A stretch of DNA of 64,000 nt from Haliotis rubra. Lineage: Eukaryota. The stretch is from the NCBI RefSeq assembly GCF_003918875.1, contig NW_025766966.1, forward strand, positions 310,001-374,000, in the 5' to 3' direction. The position numbers and the translations under genes were made by a program. This document shows positions 49,051 to 62,421 of this stretch, in pieces. The notes under the pieces are model-generated. The model was not told the DNA's origin. It saw only the letters and a program-made list of their open reading frames with translations, and ran no database searches. The stretch's first letter is position 1. Each line of letters starts with the position of its first letter.

Positions 49051-49338
49051 AAATGGTCCTGACAGATCTGGAAACATAACCAAAATGGTCCTGACAGATC
49101 TGGAAACATAACCAAAATGGTCCTGACAGATCTGGAAACATAACCAAAATGGTCCTGACAGATCTGGAAACATAACCAAAATGGTCCTGACAGATCTGGA
49201 AACATAACCAAAATGGTCCTGATCTGGAAACATAACAAAATGGTCCTGACAGATCTGGAAACATAACCAAAATGGTCCTGACAGATCTGGAAACATAACC
49301 AAAATGGTCCTGACAGATCTGGAAATATAACCAAAATG
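49051..49338. repeat. 32-bp minisatellite, ~9 copies
   Basis: AAAATGGTCCTGACAGATCTGGAAACATAACC repeated. Confidence 0.96.
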
Positions 49339-49360
49339 AACCGGAATTCAAACCTATGAG

Positions 49361-49512
49361 AGGTAGTGGTGAAGCCCTGTGGTTAAAGCATCCGCCAGTC
49401 ACACCGAAGGCCATGCTTGATTTCCCACATGGGTACAATGTGTGAAGCCCATTTCTGGTGTCCCCACCATGATATTGCTGGAATATTGCTAAAACCCAAC
49501 TCACTCGCTCAC
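49361..49512 (+). mobile_element. SINE family A copy
   Basis: Consensus match; TSD TCAAACCTATGA. Confidence 0.88.
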
Positions 49513-51292
49513 TCAAACCTATGATCAGTGTTTCCTAGCACATCAAAGGGATGCAACTCTGCCAAGTTAATTTAGGTGCCTTAACTACCTTAGCTTAGCC
49601 ACTTGGCTACCCATGCCCTCCTGTTTTTATAAAGTTGGGCAGTTGCCAAAAAAATAAAAAATTATGTCATATTCTTTTTCACACTTTAAAAAACAAGAAC
49701 TTGCAAGTTGTGATCTAAGTGATAAAACGAGGCCAACCAATTTTAAATAACAGTGCTGTTGTTATGTCACAAATCATAACACTCACCAATCAACAAGCCA
49801 CGAAGGTCATACCAGTGTAGTTGTTGCTCCTCTGCATGGTTAATGATATTTTAAGTGTCAAATCAGAACAGAGAACAATGAGCAACGGTCCTCATTTTCA
49901 AACTCAGATGACTATCCAAGATCTTATCTCCGGTGACTGATTTGCCTCCTGAGTAGGTCTGTTTCTACCTTGAAATCTGATGCCGCAATCAATCTGTCAA
50001 ACAAGGGTTGACAAGGCGTGTATTATTGCGTATTGCAATCGGCACTGGTTTGCTGCAGTTATCAGCTGTTGGAACTGAAACAGGAGAGCCACTTTATGCC
50101 TATCAGGAAAATCTTTCTCCAGAAATATTAAGCTCAATAGGTTCTTGTTCAAGTTATTGTCTTCACTGATTATACGAAAAACTAATGACTCAATCGGTTT
50201 CGTTTAATCATAGCAGTCATGTTTTCTTTGTCAGTTTTCTAATTGTCTTGCGAGAATATGCATTGAAACTGTTCAGATAACATTGTTGTGCAGAGTGTCA
50301 GCAGAGTGCACCCGGGTGTAATGTTCTACTGTTTCTGGGCTGTGCCAGCATTGTATTGAAAACATAAAAACGAGCAAGCAGTTACAAAATTAATCTTGCT
50401 GTATGCTTGTTTCTTGTGAGCACTCATAAATAGGGTGGCTGTGATTAGCATGAACTGTAAGATTGTGTTGCTGTTTTATGCAATTCTCAGTGAATATGTT
50501 TTGAAATGTATTGATTATTTGCGATTTGACAAAGGGTTTTGCAGTTAACCAGTGCAGTTTTATTATTTACTGTTAAAACAGTGCTAAGATTTTTTTGGTA
50601 GAAATTAATCTTATCAGCCTTTCAGTTTTTTACAGGATATTGTTGTAAATATTTGCACTGATCTGATACTTTTCATGCCTCTTGACCACAGTTTCACCTA
50701 GTTGTGTTTGTACTTTCTTCTTTTTCCTATGTTGAGAAACTGGACAAAGTTATCACAGACATTGCATTGTATGTGGTTTCAAGATGGTATTATTTGATTG
50801 CTCTGAAATTATTTTCAGCAAGCATTGCACTCACCTTTGTGAACAAACATGACTGTTCAAACTTGAGTTAAATTCAAGATAAATGACCAAATATGCACAG
50901 CAACTGGATACTTTATTGATCCAAGTAGCAATCGGATGCGAGTCCCAATAAAACATGGCAACTATTGGGTTTATGGTGCTGTGTCAGAAACAGCTTATGA
51001 TGGCTGTTGCAATGGCGGTGACATGTCAGCAACAAAAGAGTCTACTGGTTCTAATGGAATCTTTGTGACAGCTGCTTTTATTGTTGATTTTATAACAACA
51101 TAAAGTGCAAAATCAGTTTTTAAACTTTTCGATGAAATCTTTTTGAGATGACCATGTTTGAAACAACATTTTTAGAACATATTGTACACAGTTTTGAACA
51201 GTTTCACTTGAGATTTTCTGACCGGATGTATTCTGTTAAGTCTGCATACTGATAACCTTTCATTTACTGTTATGTTTGAACTAATAATGTTG

Positions 51293-51459
51293 ACTGACTG
51301 ACTGAGTTTGGTTTTACGCCGCTTTTAGCAATATTCCAGCAACATCACGGCGGGGGACACCAGAAATGGGCTTCACACATTGTACCCATGTGGGGATTCG
51401 AACCCGGGTCTTCGGCGTGACGAGCCAACGCTTTAACCACTAGGCTACCCCACCGCCCC
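51293..51459 (-). mobile_element. Young intact SINE family A copy
   Basis: CpGs retained; TSD TAATAATGTTGA. Confidence 0.95.
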
Positions 51460-51514
51460 TTAATAATGTTGAAATGAAGGAAGAGATGTATTAACATGAT
51501 TAACCAGATGGTTT

Positions 51515-52330
51515 GTTTTATCTCGCCTGACTGACAGTCAAGTTGGTTCTGTTCTCGACTATTTGTCAACCCAATCCATCATCATGTGTAGGAAACATCT
51601 TCCCAGAAAACACAAGACGAATGAAGCTGAAACCTGACATGCTTGTTCCCAACAGAAACGGTAGGCCAAGAGGTTTGATTCCAATTTTCAACATGGCCAC
51701 CACAGCAGCCATTTTGCTGTTTATGGCCATAACGTAGCTCCCTGTTTCCCAGTTGTCACCTGGTGAAGGAGTAAGAATATACTCTGAAATGTCATGTTCC
51801 ACATAGTTGTCACAAACTTGTCATCCATTAATTTTCCTCTTTTATCTGAATCACTGATAAATGCCATTCAAACTTTTTTATGTTGTCATTTGTAACATGT
51901 AGTTAGCAAAGGGGCTCAACATACATGTTCCAAATTGGAAGTGTTTTAAATTTTGACCTTTGCACTTTGACCTTACTGCAAACTGAAACCATTGATCGGC
52001 CATTTTTGTGACATATTAAATTTGGTATATGTGTTGTTGATAGATGGGCTTATCTTTTTTCGTTGATCTTTTAGATTTTTACTGCCTGTTTTTCTATGTT
52101 CCGAAATTCTCTGTAATAAACATTACCTCACCCTGAAGACATCCTCTCCTCAGAAACCACTTGACCAGTGAAACTGATCTATGCATGCTTGTTCCTTTGA
52201 TTGTTATTAAGTTTTTAACCAGGGTTGAATCTTATTTTCAACATGGCCACAATTTGAAAAACCTATTTATGGACTGCAAATTCTGTCCAAATTGAACTCT
52301 AAGTTCTCTAAAAATGCATTTTTGACTCTG
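51515..52330 (+). mobile_element. Decayed Helentron/HINE-like repeat (related pieces at ~35330-35560 and ~56020-56490)
   Basis: Shared motifs (G)CTCACCTGACTT.AAGTCA, CAACATGGCCACCACAGCAGCCATTTTG and TCTCCTCAGAAAC recur in all three regions; family assignment from recall. Confidence 0.45.
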
Positions 52331-52359
52331 TTGTCATTATTTCAGACATTACAGGCTTA

Positions 52360-52533
52360 GGGGCGGTGGCAGCCTAGTAGTTAAAGCGTTCACTCATCAC
52401 GTCGAAAACCTGAGTTCAATTCCCCACAATGGTACAATGTATCAAGCCCATTTCTGGTGTCCCCTGCGATGATATTGCTGGAATATTGCAAAGGCGGTGT
52501 AAAACTAAACTATCTCACTCACTCACTTACTCA
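52360..52533 (+). mobile_element. SINE family A copy
   Basis: Consensus match. Confidence 0.88.
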
Positions 52534-52635
52534 TTACCATGCAGAAGAGGCTGAACTTTGGCATGTGTGTTGCTCCTTCACATGAGATATTTCGTTTAAA
52601 AATCTTTCTGAAGGTAGGTTTATATTATAATATAA

Positions 52636-52941
52636 GGCCAGACCAATTTTATTTCTTGTTTTACTGGATCCTTTTCAGTCGTCCTTTTTTCGGGGAATTT
52701 TCCCTTCTAAAAATAAATCATGTTTTTATTGGCCAAAAATGTGAACTTACCGGAAAAAACTTTTTTGATTGTTATTTTTTGCCCCATACACACTTTGTAA
52801 ATTGCCAAAAATAAAATACTTTTGGTATTTAAAAGGAATATTACTTTGACTGGTGATTTTTATTTTTCATTTTTTTCCCTCCTGCCTTTAGGTTTTCTGA
52901 AGACAAAAATCTGTAAAACAAGAAATAAAATTGGTCTGGCC
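52636..52941. mobile_element. PIF/Harbinger-type MITE
   Basis: TIR GGCCAGACCAATTTTATTTCTTGTTTTAC / GTAAAACAAGAAATAAAATTGGTCTGGCC, TAA on both sides. Confidence 0.88.
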
Positions 52942-52977
52942 TAAGCGTGGTCTTATTTGGTGATACTTTTGTCACCA

Positions 52978-53160
52978 GGATCTGGGTTAGAATTGGTCTT
53001 CAAAAATCCATAATGGCTGTTTTTGGTTTTGCTGGTGATGGTTGCTGATTCCCAATTGCATACATTGATGCTCATAATGTCAATCACTTGATTGTCTGGT
53101 CCATAAAGGATTTATTTCTGGACTGTCGTCATGTATAGTGAATGCAGCATTAAACAGAAA
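52978..53160 (+). mobile_element. Decayed SINE family B copy
   Basis: GATCTGGGTTAGAATTGGTCTTCA head; CCCAATTGCATACATTGATGCTCAT body. Confidence 0.7.
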
Positions 53161-53612
53161 AAAACCCCAAAATAATGCTTTTGTTTTCAGTTTCTGCAGA
53201 AAATATTGAATTCTCAGTTCTGACAGCAGTTTTTGTGATGAAGCTGTCATGATTACATTTTAAACTCTCCTTCTCAAGTTTCCTTCAGCGCAAAGGGAGC
53301 TCTGTGTCAGTAGTCTCCAGTAATGACATGCAAGCTGGGCAACGTCTTTGAGTGGCATTTTAGAAGTTGGAAGTCAGATAGAACAAGTATATATGGATGA
53401 CAACTTCTTTTAAATAAAAGAAGTTTTTTTGTCATCCATATATACTTGTTCTAAGCTGGGCAACACCAGGATTAACTCTCCCACACGACACTTAGTGTTT
53501 CACAGATGCCTGATGCTCTGAATATTTGCTTATGCTATAAACCACTGGCTTGTTTAACCAACACACTACTACCTTCAGATGAGCTTTAGTTTCCTTTCCT
53601 TCTTGCAGTAAA

Positions 53613-54038
53613 TATAGTCTGTTTGCAGTAAAAACGTACTGATGAATTTCACTTTAAACAAAAAAGTAAATTAAATTAAGTGAAATTAAGATTGCGAATC
53701 CTCATAATCTTACCTTGCCAAATGAACATTTAAATTTCAGAAGCGCAGTAGATGGAACAGTGAAACAAATGCACGTGCGGACCAACCATACCGGTACTTG
53801 TTCTCGGCGTTTCATTTAAAGTGCATACCCCCTTGTAATACAAACCAATAATAGCGATTTGAAACTATGACCGTTTGTTAAACAACTTTTATCCTAAGTT
53901 GAATAGAATTCTGAGATTTGAATGTTCAATTGGCAAGGTAAAATTATGAGGATTTGCAATCTTAATTTCACTTTATTCGATTTACTTTTTTGTTTAGAGT
54001 GAAATTCATCAGTACGTTTTCACTGCAAACAGACTATA
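53613..54038. mobile_element. Foldback MITE with ~125-bp TIRs, TA-flanked
   Basis: TATAGTCTGTTTGCAGT.AAAACGTACTGATGAATTTCAC... mirrored at 53910-54038. Confidence 0.88.
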
Positions 54039-54052
54039 GGACACTGATGTAA

Positions 54053-54366
54053 AGGGGTGGTGGGGTAGCCTTAGGTTACATGGGTATAATGTGTGAAGCC
54101 CATTTCTAGTGTCCCCTGTCATAATATTGCTGGAATATTGCTAAAAGCAGCGTAAAAACACCTTCACTCACTCACTCACTCACTCACGTTGTTAAGGGGG
54201 CGGTGGGGTAGCCTAATGGTTAAAGCTTTCACTCATCACGCGGAATACCCAGGTTCGATTCCCCACATGGGTATAATGTGTGAAGCCCCTTTCTGGTGTC
54301 CCCTGCCATGATAGTGCTGGAATATTGCTAAAAGCAGCGTGAAACCAAACTCACTCACTCAGTCAC
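54053..54366 (+). mobile_element. Two tandem SINE family A copies (first internally deleted)
   Basis: 54053-54186 and 54196-54366. Confidence 0.9.
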
Positions 54367-55509
54367 CGTTTGATGTTAAGAGTCAAGAAACATCCATTAT
54401 CAATGTGACTTCTGGGCCTTTGATATCAGAAGTTTCATCCAGATTATGTATTGACTTTAGTATGTGTCATTGTTGCAGTCCCTTTTCTAAGGTAACATTT
54501 TTAATCAGCAGATAATGTAGGAAAAGATTTTAAGACTTGCATTAACATACATATCAACACATACGGATTAGCCGTTTTTGCATTATACGTGAGTAGTGCT
54601 TATTCCTTACACATTTTTTTTATGCTTACAAACTATCTTTTTATTTCGGGATTTTTTTTTTATTTTTGGGAGATCCTCTACAGATTTGCTATACATTGTG
54701 TTGAAATGTATGCATTAATGTGATATTAAAATAAATTAGTGTAGGTGTATACCTTTAAATGTACTATAGAGCAAAATGTAAGGTTTTCCCTTGAAACGTC
54801 TTTATCCCCCAAAGTATAAGGAGAAGTGCAGAAAAGATAGAGATAGAAATATTAGTGTACAGAAACTATTAAGCCATGTTTTCTCAGATCAATGCTCAAC
54901 AACCACATTCACTTTGATAAATTTGTGGTCTTTGTAATATTATTCTTGGTCATGTTTGGGCTTTCAAGAGATGCTTCATGCCCGTCAGCTGAACATACAT
55001 GTGACATGATCTGTTAGTTTGTAAGAACCGTAAAGAAACGGTTTGTGTTATTCCTGATTAAAGCAAGCAGGACAGAGAGCAAGCTCAATGCTGAAATGTC
55101 AGTCCCCTTCCACAGCTTCCTACAAGAATTGTGTAATTTGCTTTGATGTTTCCGTCCTTTGAAGCCGAATCTGAATCACAGGTTGGCGAACTCACAGATC
55201 CACTGTCATCATGCCAATCAGCAAATCTGAAATAAAATACAAATTACACATTATTTCCTCACTACAACATAATTTGTATGCTGAAGCGGTGATTCCCTTT
55301 GTGGTAGAATATCCCCGTCACAAGATTATTAGCGTGCATGTTTGATGGGTTCTTGAGGCTGTTGGTTTGTTAATTCACTGCTTCTGTAACATTTGGTGGC
55401 TATTAATGATTTCTTGACGATCTGTTCCATACCAGGCACTGTGCGTGAACTGGCATTTGCCGGGTCAGGCTCCAGCTTGTGTAGATGTTGCAAGGTATCT
55501 CTTTTCTGT

Positions 55510-55832
55510 GGGGTAGCCTAGTTGTTAAAGTGTTCACTCATCACACCGAAGCCCCGGGTTCACTTCCCTATGTGGGTACATTGTGTGAAGCTCATTTCGG
55601 GTGTCTCTAACATGATATTGTTAGAGTGAGTGAGTATGGTTTTACGCTGCTTTAAGCAATATTCCAGCAATGTCATGGCGGGGTACACCAGAAATGGGCT
55701 TCAAACATTGTACCCATGTGGGGAATTGAACCCCGGTCTTCGGCGTGATGGGTGAATGCTTTAACCACCAGGCTACCTGAATACCTGATATTGCTGGAAT
55801 ATTGCTAAAAGTGGCGTAATACCATACTCACT
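55510..55832. mobile_element. SINE A (+) interrupted by an antisense SINE A (~55625-55778)
   Basis: + head 55510-55622, - copy, then + tail resumes TGATATTGCTGGAATATTGC at ~55786. Confidence 0.85.
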
Positions 55833-56542
55833 CTGTTATTCAGTTGTTTTTTTCCATTTATGTGGCTTTTTCAAAATTTGAAAATATCTGGGCTCATATG
55901 ATATTTCATGAATCATTTTTACAGGTTACAAGTCAATTTCATGTTAAGCAGGACTGCCAGTCTGTTTAGGCATTGAGTTGTAATATATTATATTCAAACT
56001 GCCAAATTTATTATCTGAGATTTTTGGCTCACCTGACTTAAAGTCAATTGAGTTGTAGCAAGATCTGTTTGTCCAAATTTGGGTGTCATCTCTAAACATC
56101 TTTTACTCTAAAACCATTGGACCAAGCTTTTGATAAGACCTTAATTTGTTCAAGAGGCCTGAATTGAATTTTTAATATGGCCACCAAGTCAGCCATATTG
56201 ATACACTTGTTTAAGGCCATGACTCAATCCTTTTTTAATTTGGTACAAGTGCCGTAAATGTTTAGGTTTGACGTATGTGGGCTGTAATTGGTAATATTTT
56301 TCATTTTTCATCTTGATTTGACATTTGCACTCTGGCTATGCTCTTATTTTCTCTAGGTTGTTTGAACATTATCTCCTCAGAAACATATGAACAAATGAAG
56401 CACATCCTTGTTCCCACCATTGATGACACTTAAATTTGCTCATCATCACATCAGATTTACAATATGGCTACCACAGCAGCCATTTTGAAAAAATATGTAC
56501 TGCTCTGTGATGATGCGTCAAAATCGATGCAGTCAGTGTATA

Positions 56543-58070
56543 TAAACTCTGTAAAAAGAAACGCGAACCCTGTCCTCAGATATGAAAAATTCGTTTGAAT
56601 GAAGTTATTGCTTCCAAACTAAATTTTATTCGAATGTATTGAAATGATACACGTAATTAATGAAGATTACCATCCAAACAACTGCATTTGTGCGCGATAA
56701 GTGTATTTTATTGCTTATTCCGTCCACAACGCATGAAATGACCCCTCATGGTGACTTCGCACACAAAACACATGCAAATCATGAAAATGGCAGTTAATGT
56801 AGGGTGTATAAAAGCCCATGTGCTTCCGTATTATATTCATTCATTTGTCGCCGAAAGCTGTGTTAAAATGCCACGATTGAGTGCTGCCGAATCAAATATC
56901 GCCATTGGTCGTGTTCAAGCCGGAGAAAGTTTTGGAACTGTTGCACGGCACCTAAATGTTCACAAAACAACGATATCCCGACTTTGGAGCCGCTTACAAC
57001 AACTTCAATTTGACCAACGATCGCCCGAGAAGTGGAAGGCCAAGAATCACGACCCCTTCAAGATCGGTACATCCGGGTCCATCACCTGCGTATCGGCATG
57101 CCCTACCAACCGTGGACTGCCACACAAATACCAGGTTTGAGGAGAGTGTCAGCTCAAAACGATTAGGAACCGCCTGAAAGAAGCGGGTTTACGTGCCTGT
57201 AGACCAGTTGTTGGACCTGTACTACGCCCCTACATCGACGCCACGACTCAGGTGGTGCAACAACGTAAGGATACGGACTTTACAAAACTGGAGGCGAATC
57301 TGGTTTTCTGATGAATCACGCTTTTTGCAACGCCACGACGGAAGACAGCGCCTGTATAGGAGACGTCATAAAGTTTTATGCGCCCATCTGCGTCCGACAG
57401 GTGGACAGGATTTGGCGGAGAAAGCCATCATGGTTTGGGGAACCATCTCATACAACCAGAAATCAGACTTGGTGATCGTCCAGGGAACCTGACAGCCCAA
57501 CGCTACATCAACCACGTGTTAGAGCTTCACCTTCTCCCGATTATTGACCAACAGACACAGATTTTCAACGGGACAACGCCTCGCCTCATACTGCACGTGC
57601 AACAATGAACTTTCTGCAGAATTCCAACGTCAATGTCTTGCCATGACCCTCTAAATCACCAGACCTCAACCCTATTGAACACCTGTGGATACTCTGGATC
57701 GACGCGTACGTCAACGTCAGCGCCGCCACAGACGCTGCAACAGCTCGCCGCGTTGCACTGCAGGAGGAGTGGAGAGCCATTCCCCAGGAAAGAATCCGGG
57801 CGTCTTATCCGTTCTTGTCCAAGGAGATGCCGTGCAGTGATTGCAGCCGTGGGGTGCTCATACGAGATACTGAGAAAGACGCCCCCTGGTGACAAACTGG
57901 TGTCTGTGAGATGACTTTTGAAATGACAATTTTAAACATGCCCATCTGGGTTATTATTCTGCCAAATTTCAGACTTCTGTCTTAAATAATAAAATGCCGT
58001 GTCGTCCTAAAACTTCAGATCAAAATCTCTAAAATACAGGGGGTTGCGTTTCTTTTTTTGACAGAGTTTA
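56543..58070 (+). mobile_element. Full-length decayed Tc1 (DD34E) transposon, ~1.5 kb
   Basis: TIRs TA-AACTCTGT.AAAAAGAAACGC.AACCC / GGGTTGCGTTTCTTTTTTTGACAGAGTT-TA; transposase motifs across frames: HTH, PRSGRPRITT, WFSDESRF, DNASPH, SPDLNPIEHLW; 34 residues between the second D and E. Confidence 0.95.
56868..57873 (+). pseudogene. Frameshifted Tc1 transposase
   Basis: ATG 56868 (MPRLSAAESNIAIGRVQAGES...), multiple frameshifts and a TGA at the conserved W of WPxxSPDL; ends TRY*. Confidence 0.9.
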
Positions 58071-58074
58071 TTTC

Positions 58075-60125
58075 ATGATTCACTTGCAGGATATTTCTGT
58101 CATGATGCGTTTGGGGGATATCTGTCATGATGCATTTGGGGGATATCTGTCATGATGCATTTGGGGGATATCTGTCATCATGCGTTTGGGGGATATCTGT
58201 CATGATCTATTTAGGGGATATCTGTCATGATGTGTTTAGAGGGTGTCTGTCATCCTTTTATGGCATATCTGTCATGCTGCATTTCAATTTGCACTCATGA
58301 GATATCCATCATGATCTACTCAGAGGATACCTGTCTTGATGCACTAAGTGATATCCATCATGATCTATTCAGAGGATACCTGTCTTGATGCACTAAGTGA
58401 TATCCATCATGATCTATTTCGGATATCTGTCATGATACACTTGGGGATACCTGTCATGCTGCACTTAAGGGATATCTGCCATGATACACTTGGGGATACC
58501 TGTCATGCTGCACTTAAGGGATATCTGCCATGATACACTTGGGGATACCTGTCATGCTGCACTTAAGGGATATCTGCCATGATACACTTGGGGATACCTG
58601 TCCTGCTGCACTTAAGGGATATCTGCCATGATACACTTGGGGATACCTGTCATGCTGCACTTAAGGGATATCTGTCATGATACACTTGTGGGATACCTGT
58701 CATGCTGCACTTAAGGGATATCTGCCATGATACACTTGGGGATACCTGTCATGCTGCACTTAAGGGATATCTGCCATGATACACTTGGGGATACCTGTCA
58801 TGCTGCACTTAAGGGATATCTGCCATGATACACTTGGGGATACCTGTCCTGCTGCACTTAAGGGATATCTGTCATGATACACTTGGGGATACCTGTCATG
58901 CTGCACTTAAGGGATATCTGTCATGATACACTTGTGGGATACCTGTCATGCTGCACTTAAGGGATATCTGCCATGATACACTTTGGGATACCTGTCATGC
59001 TGCACTTAAGGGATATCTTCCATGATACACTTGGGGATACCTGTCATGCTGCACTTAAGGGATATCTGCCATGATACACTTTGGGATACTTGTCATGCTG
59101 CACTTAAGGGATATGTCATGATACACTTGGGGATACCTGTCCTGCTGCACTTAAGGGATATCTGTCATGATACACTTGGGGATACCTGTCATGCTGCACT
59201 TAAGGGATATCTGTCATGATACACTTGGGGATACCTGTCATGCTGCACTTAAGGGATATCTGCCATGATACACTTGGGGATACCTGTCATGCTGCACTTA
59301 AGGGATATCTGACATGATACACTTGGGGATACCTGTCCTGCTGCACTTAAGGGATATCTGCCATGATACTCTTGGGGATACCTGTCATGCTGCACTTAAG
59401 GGATATCTGCCATGATACACTTGGGGATACCTGTCATGCTGCACTTAAGGGATATCTGCCATGATACACTTTGGGATACCTGTCATGCTGCACTTAAGGG
59501 ATATCTTCCATGATACAGTTGGGGATACCTGTCATGCTGCACTTAAGGGATATCTGTCATGATACACTTGGGGATACCTGTCATGCTGCACTTAGGGATA
59601 TCTGTCATGATACACTTTGGGATACCTGTCATGCTGCACTTAAGGGATATCTGTCATGATACACTTGGGGATACCTGTCATGCTGCACTTAAGGGATATC
59701 TGTCATGATACACTTGGGGATACCTGTCATGCTGCACTTAAGGGATATCTGTCATGATACACTTGGGGATACCTGTCATGCTGCACTTAAGGGATATCTG
59801 TCATGATACACTTAGGGGATACCTGTCATGCTGCACTTAAAGGATATCTGTCATGATATACTTGGGGATACCTGTCCTGCTGCACTTAAGGGATATCTGT
59901 CATGATACACTTGGGGATACCTGTCATGCTGCACTTAAGGGATATCTGTCATGATACACTTGGGGATACCTGTCCTGCTGCACTTAAGGGATATCTGCCA
60001 TGATATTCTTGGGGATACTTGTCATGCTGCACTTAAGGGATATCTGCCATGATATTCTTGGGGATACTTGTCATGCTGCACTTAAGGGATATCTGTCATG
60101 ATATTCTCGGGGATATACGTCATAA
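58075..60125. repeat. Minisatellite: 25-bp monomers grading into a 49-bp dimer array (~34 units)
   Basis: Left GGGGATATCTGTCATGATGCATTTG; main unit TTGGGGATACCTGTCATGCTGCACTTAAGGGATATCTGYCATGATACAC. Confidence 0.97.
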
Positions 60126-62185
60126 TCCATTTGTAATGATGGGCTTATGAGATATTTATCATGGTGCTATTCACCAAAACTGTTGTTATTGATATCATGA
60201 CTATCACCAACATCAACATCAACATCATCTGTAACATCTGCAGCTCTGTCCTTACAACATTTCTACTTTCAGTTACTTGTTACATCCTGGCATTTGTAGC
60301 CAATTATTGTTTGATTTTCTCTCAGCTCTTGGCAGTGGTGGAAAAGGCTTTGAAGTCAGGGTTTCCAACATCATAAAACACACTATCAAATAAAATAAGA
60401 CTAATAAAGCATTGATAAGCCATCATCAAGACTGACTACAGGTAGAATCAATGAAACAATTGCCTTTTATCAGGACTTGATCTGCAAGATATCCTGAAAT
60501 TCTTCTTTCTTTTATTTTTCTAATGTTCTTGAAGCCTTGAATTGTAATTACGACCAGATCATTTTACGTCAGTATCTCAGAAAACAGTCAACCCTTTGTT
60601 CTTGTAGTTTTTAGTTTAATAACATAAAAGATCAAATCGATTTAGCAAATTTCAACAATGACATTACCTCAGGTACACAAAGTTTCAAGATGGCTGCCAT
60701 AGTGGTTCCTGTGGGGCGCACCTATAAGGTTGGCCTTTGATAATATGATCTAAATCAAGTATAATAGGGCAGGTAATTGACAGTGCTTTGCTGTGATGTA
60801 ATTTGATTCTAATCAGAATCAATGATGGCTCCACAGGAATCTAGCTATCCTTCAACGTTTATGGACTTTTGTTGATCACTGAGGCCCAGTCTCCTTCCTG
60901 GTGTTTCTGTTTGAAGTGTCCAAGTTGAGGAGAACTCATGAAACATGGGAAATACTTCTAAAAAAAGTTAATGGCCACCAGATTCTGTGATATTGCTGTG
61001 GTTAATCTGTCATGTCCTTAACTTTATTTAAGTACTATAAATAGTGCCCAAAACTTTTCTTCAGAAATGAAGGTATATGGCTCAGTCAATATGTACTTTT
61101 TACAAACATTGGCATTCTGGAATTAGTGAGCAAGTAAGGGAACATACAAATTTATGGATAGATACTTCTGGTTTTGGGCTTAAGGGGACATTTCACTGTG
61201 GATTCTGTATATGTACATTTTGCTATTATTACTTATTTCAAAAAATGCAGATTGTGAAAAGATTGTTCAAGCAACTGTTTTGGGGAAAGTAGTCTCTTAT
61301 TGAGAGAATATGACAAATTTGAGTAGAATTATTTGGAACTAAATGCAGTATCAACATCCTATTCAAATTGAAAAGTTCTTTTGTCCAAATTTGACTGAAC
61401 TTATTTTTTGAGCAAATGTAATAATTTAATCATTTTAAATTGAACATTGTTGATGTGAGGATGCTTTGAAAGGGAAACAGCAGGAATGTCAAGTCAAGTT
61501 TGCTTAGTCCGGTTGCCACAGAAACTCAGTTAATAAAGGGCCCATCTTAGCCCTTTCCATCAAAATGTTAGTTTCACTTGAATGGTTGCATTTTCAATTC
61601 CCCTAGGATTTGTAAAGCAAATACTATTTGATGGAGACTCCAAATGGCAGACATGGGCAGTTTGAAGCTGCCAGACATTATCTTGAGTGCCTTTTTCTGT
61701 TGCTATAATACAGCCTAGAGAGAAATTCTTCAAATGCTGTATTCATCAAGACATAAAATATTTCAACAGAAGTGGAATTCAGTTTGGAAAGTTTGTCTCA
61801 GCTTGCGATATTAACTACTGCTAAAGACTTGGTGGTGCTACAAGTTTCATCACAAATGTCTTCTTGGTAGTGGGATTTATGGTGTCAGTTGTTGTATTGC
61901 TTGAATAAAAGGAAAGGTTTTAGAATACCATTTACCTGATCATACGGATGATAACACATTATCAAGTGTGCTTATGTGAGAATGCTATGAATATGTAGCT
62001 TTAATGTAACTTTGTCTCAGATAACATGTAAAGAAACTTGCATTTATACGTTATCGAGCCTATCTGTATGAAGAATTAGCAAAATGCTAAAAATATCCAC
62101 ATTTGACATTTCTTATTTTGTGGAACTTCTGCTGTCATATATTACTTGACGCATAGGACAAGATATGAGGACTACTCATTAGGTC

Positions 62186-62331
62186 AGATGTCATTGGTTC
62201 CCAGTTGTGTAGATCGATGCTCATTCTGTTGATCACTGGATTGTCTGGTCCACACTCGATTATTTACAGACCACCACCATATAGCTTGAATATTGCTGAG
62301 TGTGGCATAATTCTAAACTCACTCACTCACT
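62186..62331 (+). mobile_element. 5'-truncated SINE family B copy
   Basis: GATCGATGCTCATTCTGTTGATCACTGGATTGTCTGGTCC...(ACTC)n. Confidence 0.88.
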
Positions 62332-62421
62332 GTCAGAATATGAGAACTATTAGATATTCATCCAAATATTTCCAGTATTTTAAATGTGAGGTGTGTTATT
62401 TTCAGAAACATAATATTGGTA

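Noticed and set aside
49051-49338. CRISPR-like array (32-bp repeats; likewise the 63-, 49- and 39-bp arrays)
   Set aside because: Head-to-tail repeats with no unique spacers, no cas genes, eukaryotic context
53636-53690. Hammerhead ribozyme core CTGATGA...GAAA (also the minus-strand candidate near 40940-40990)
   Set aside because: Stems I-III and the NUH site cannot be formed convincingly; the first lies in a MITE TIR
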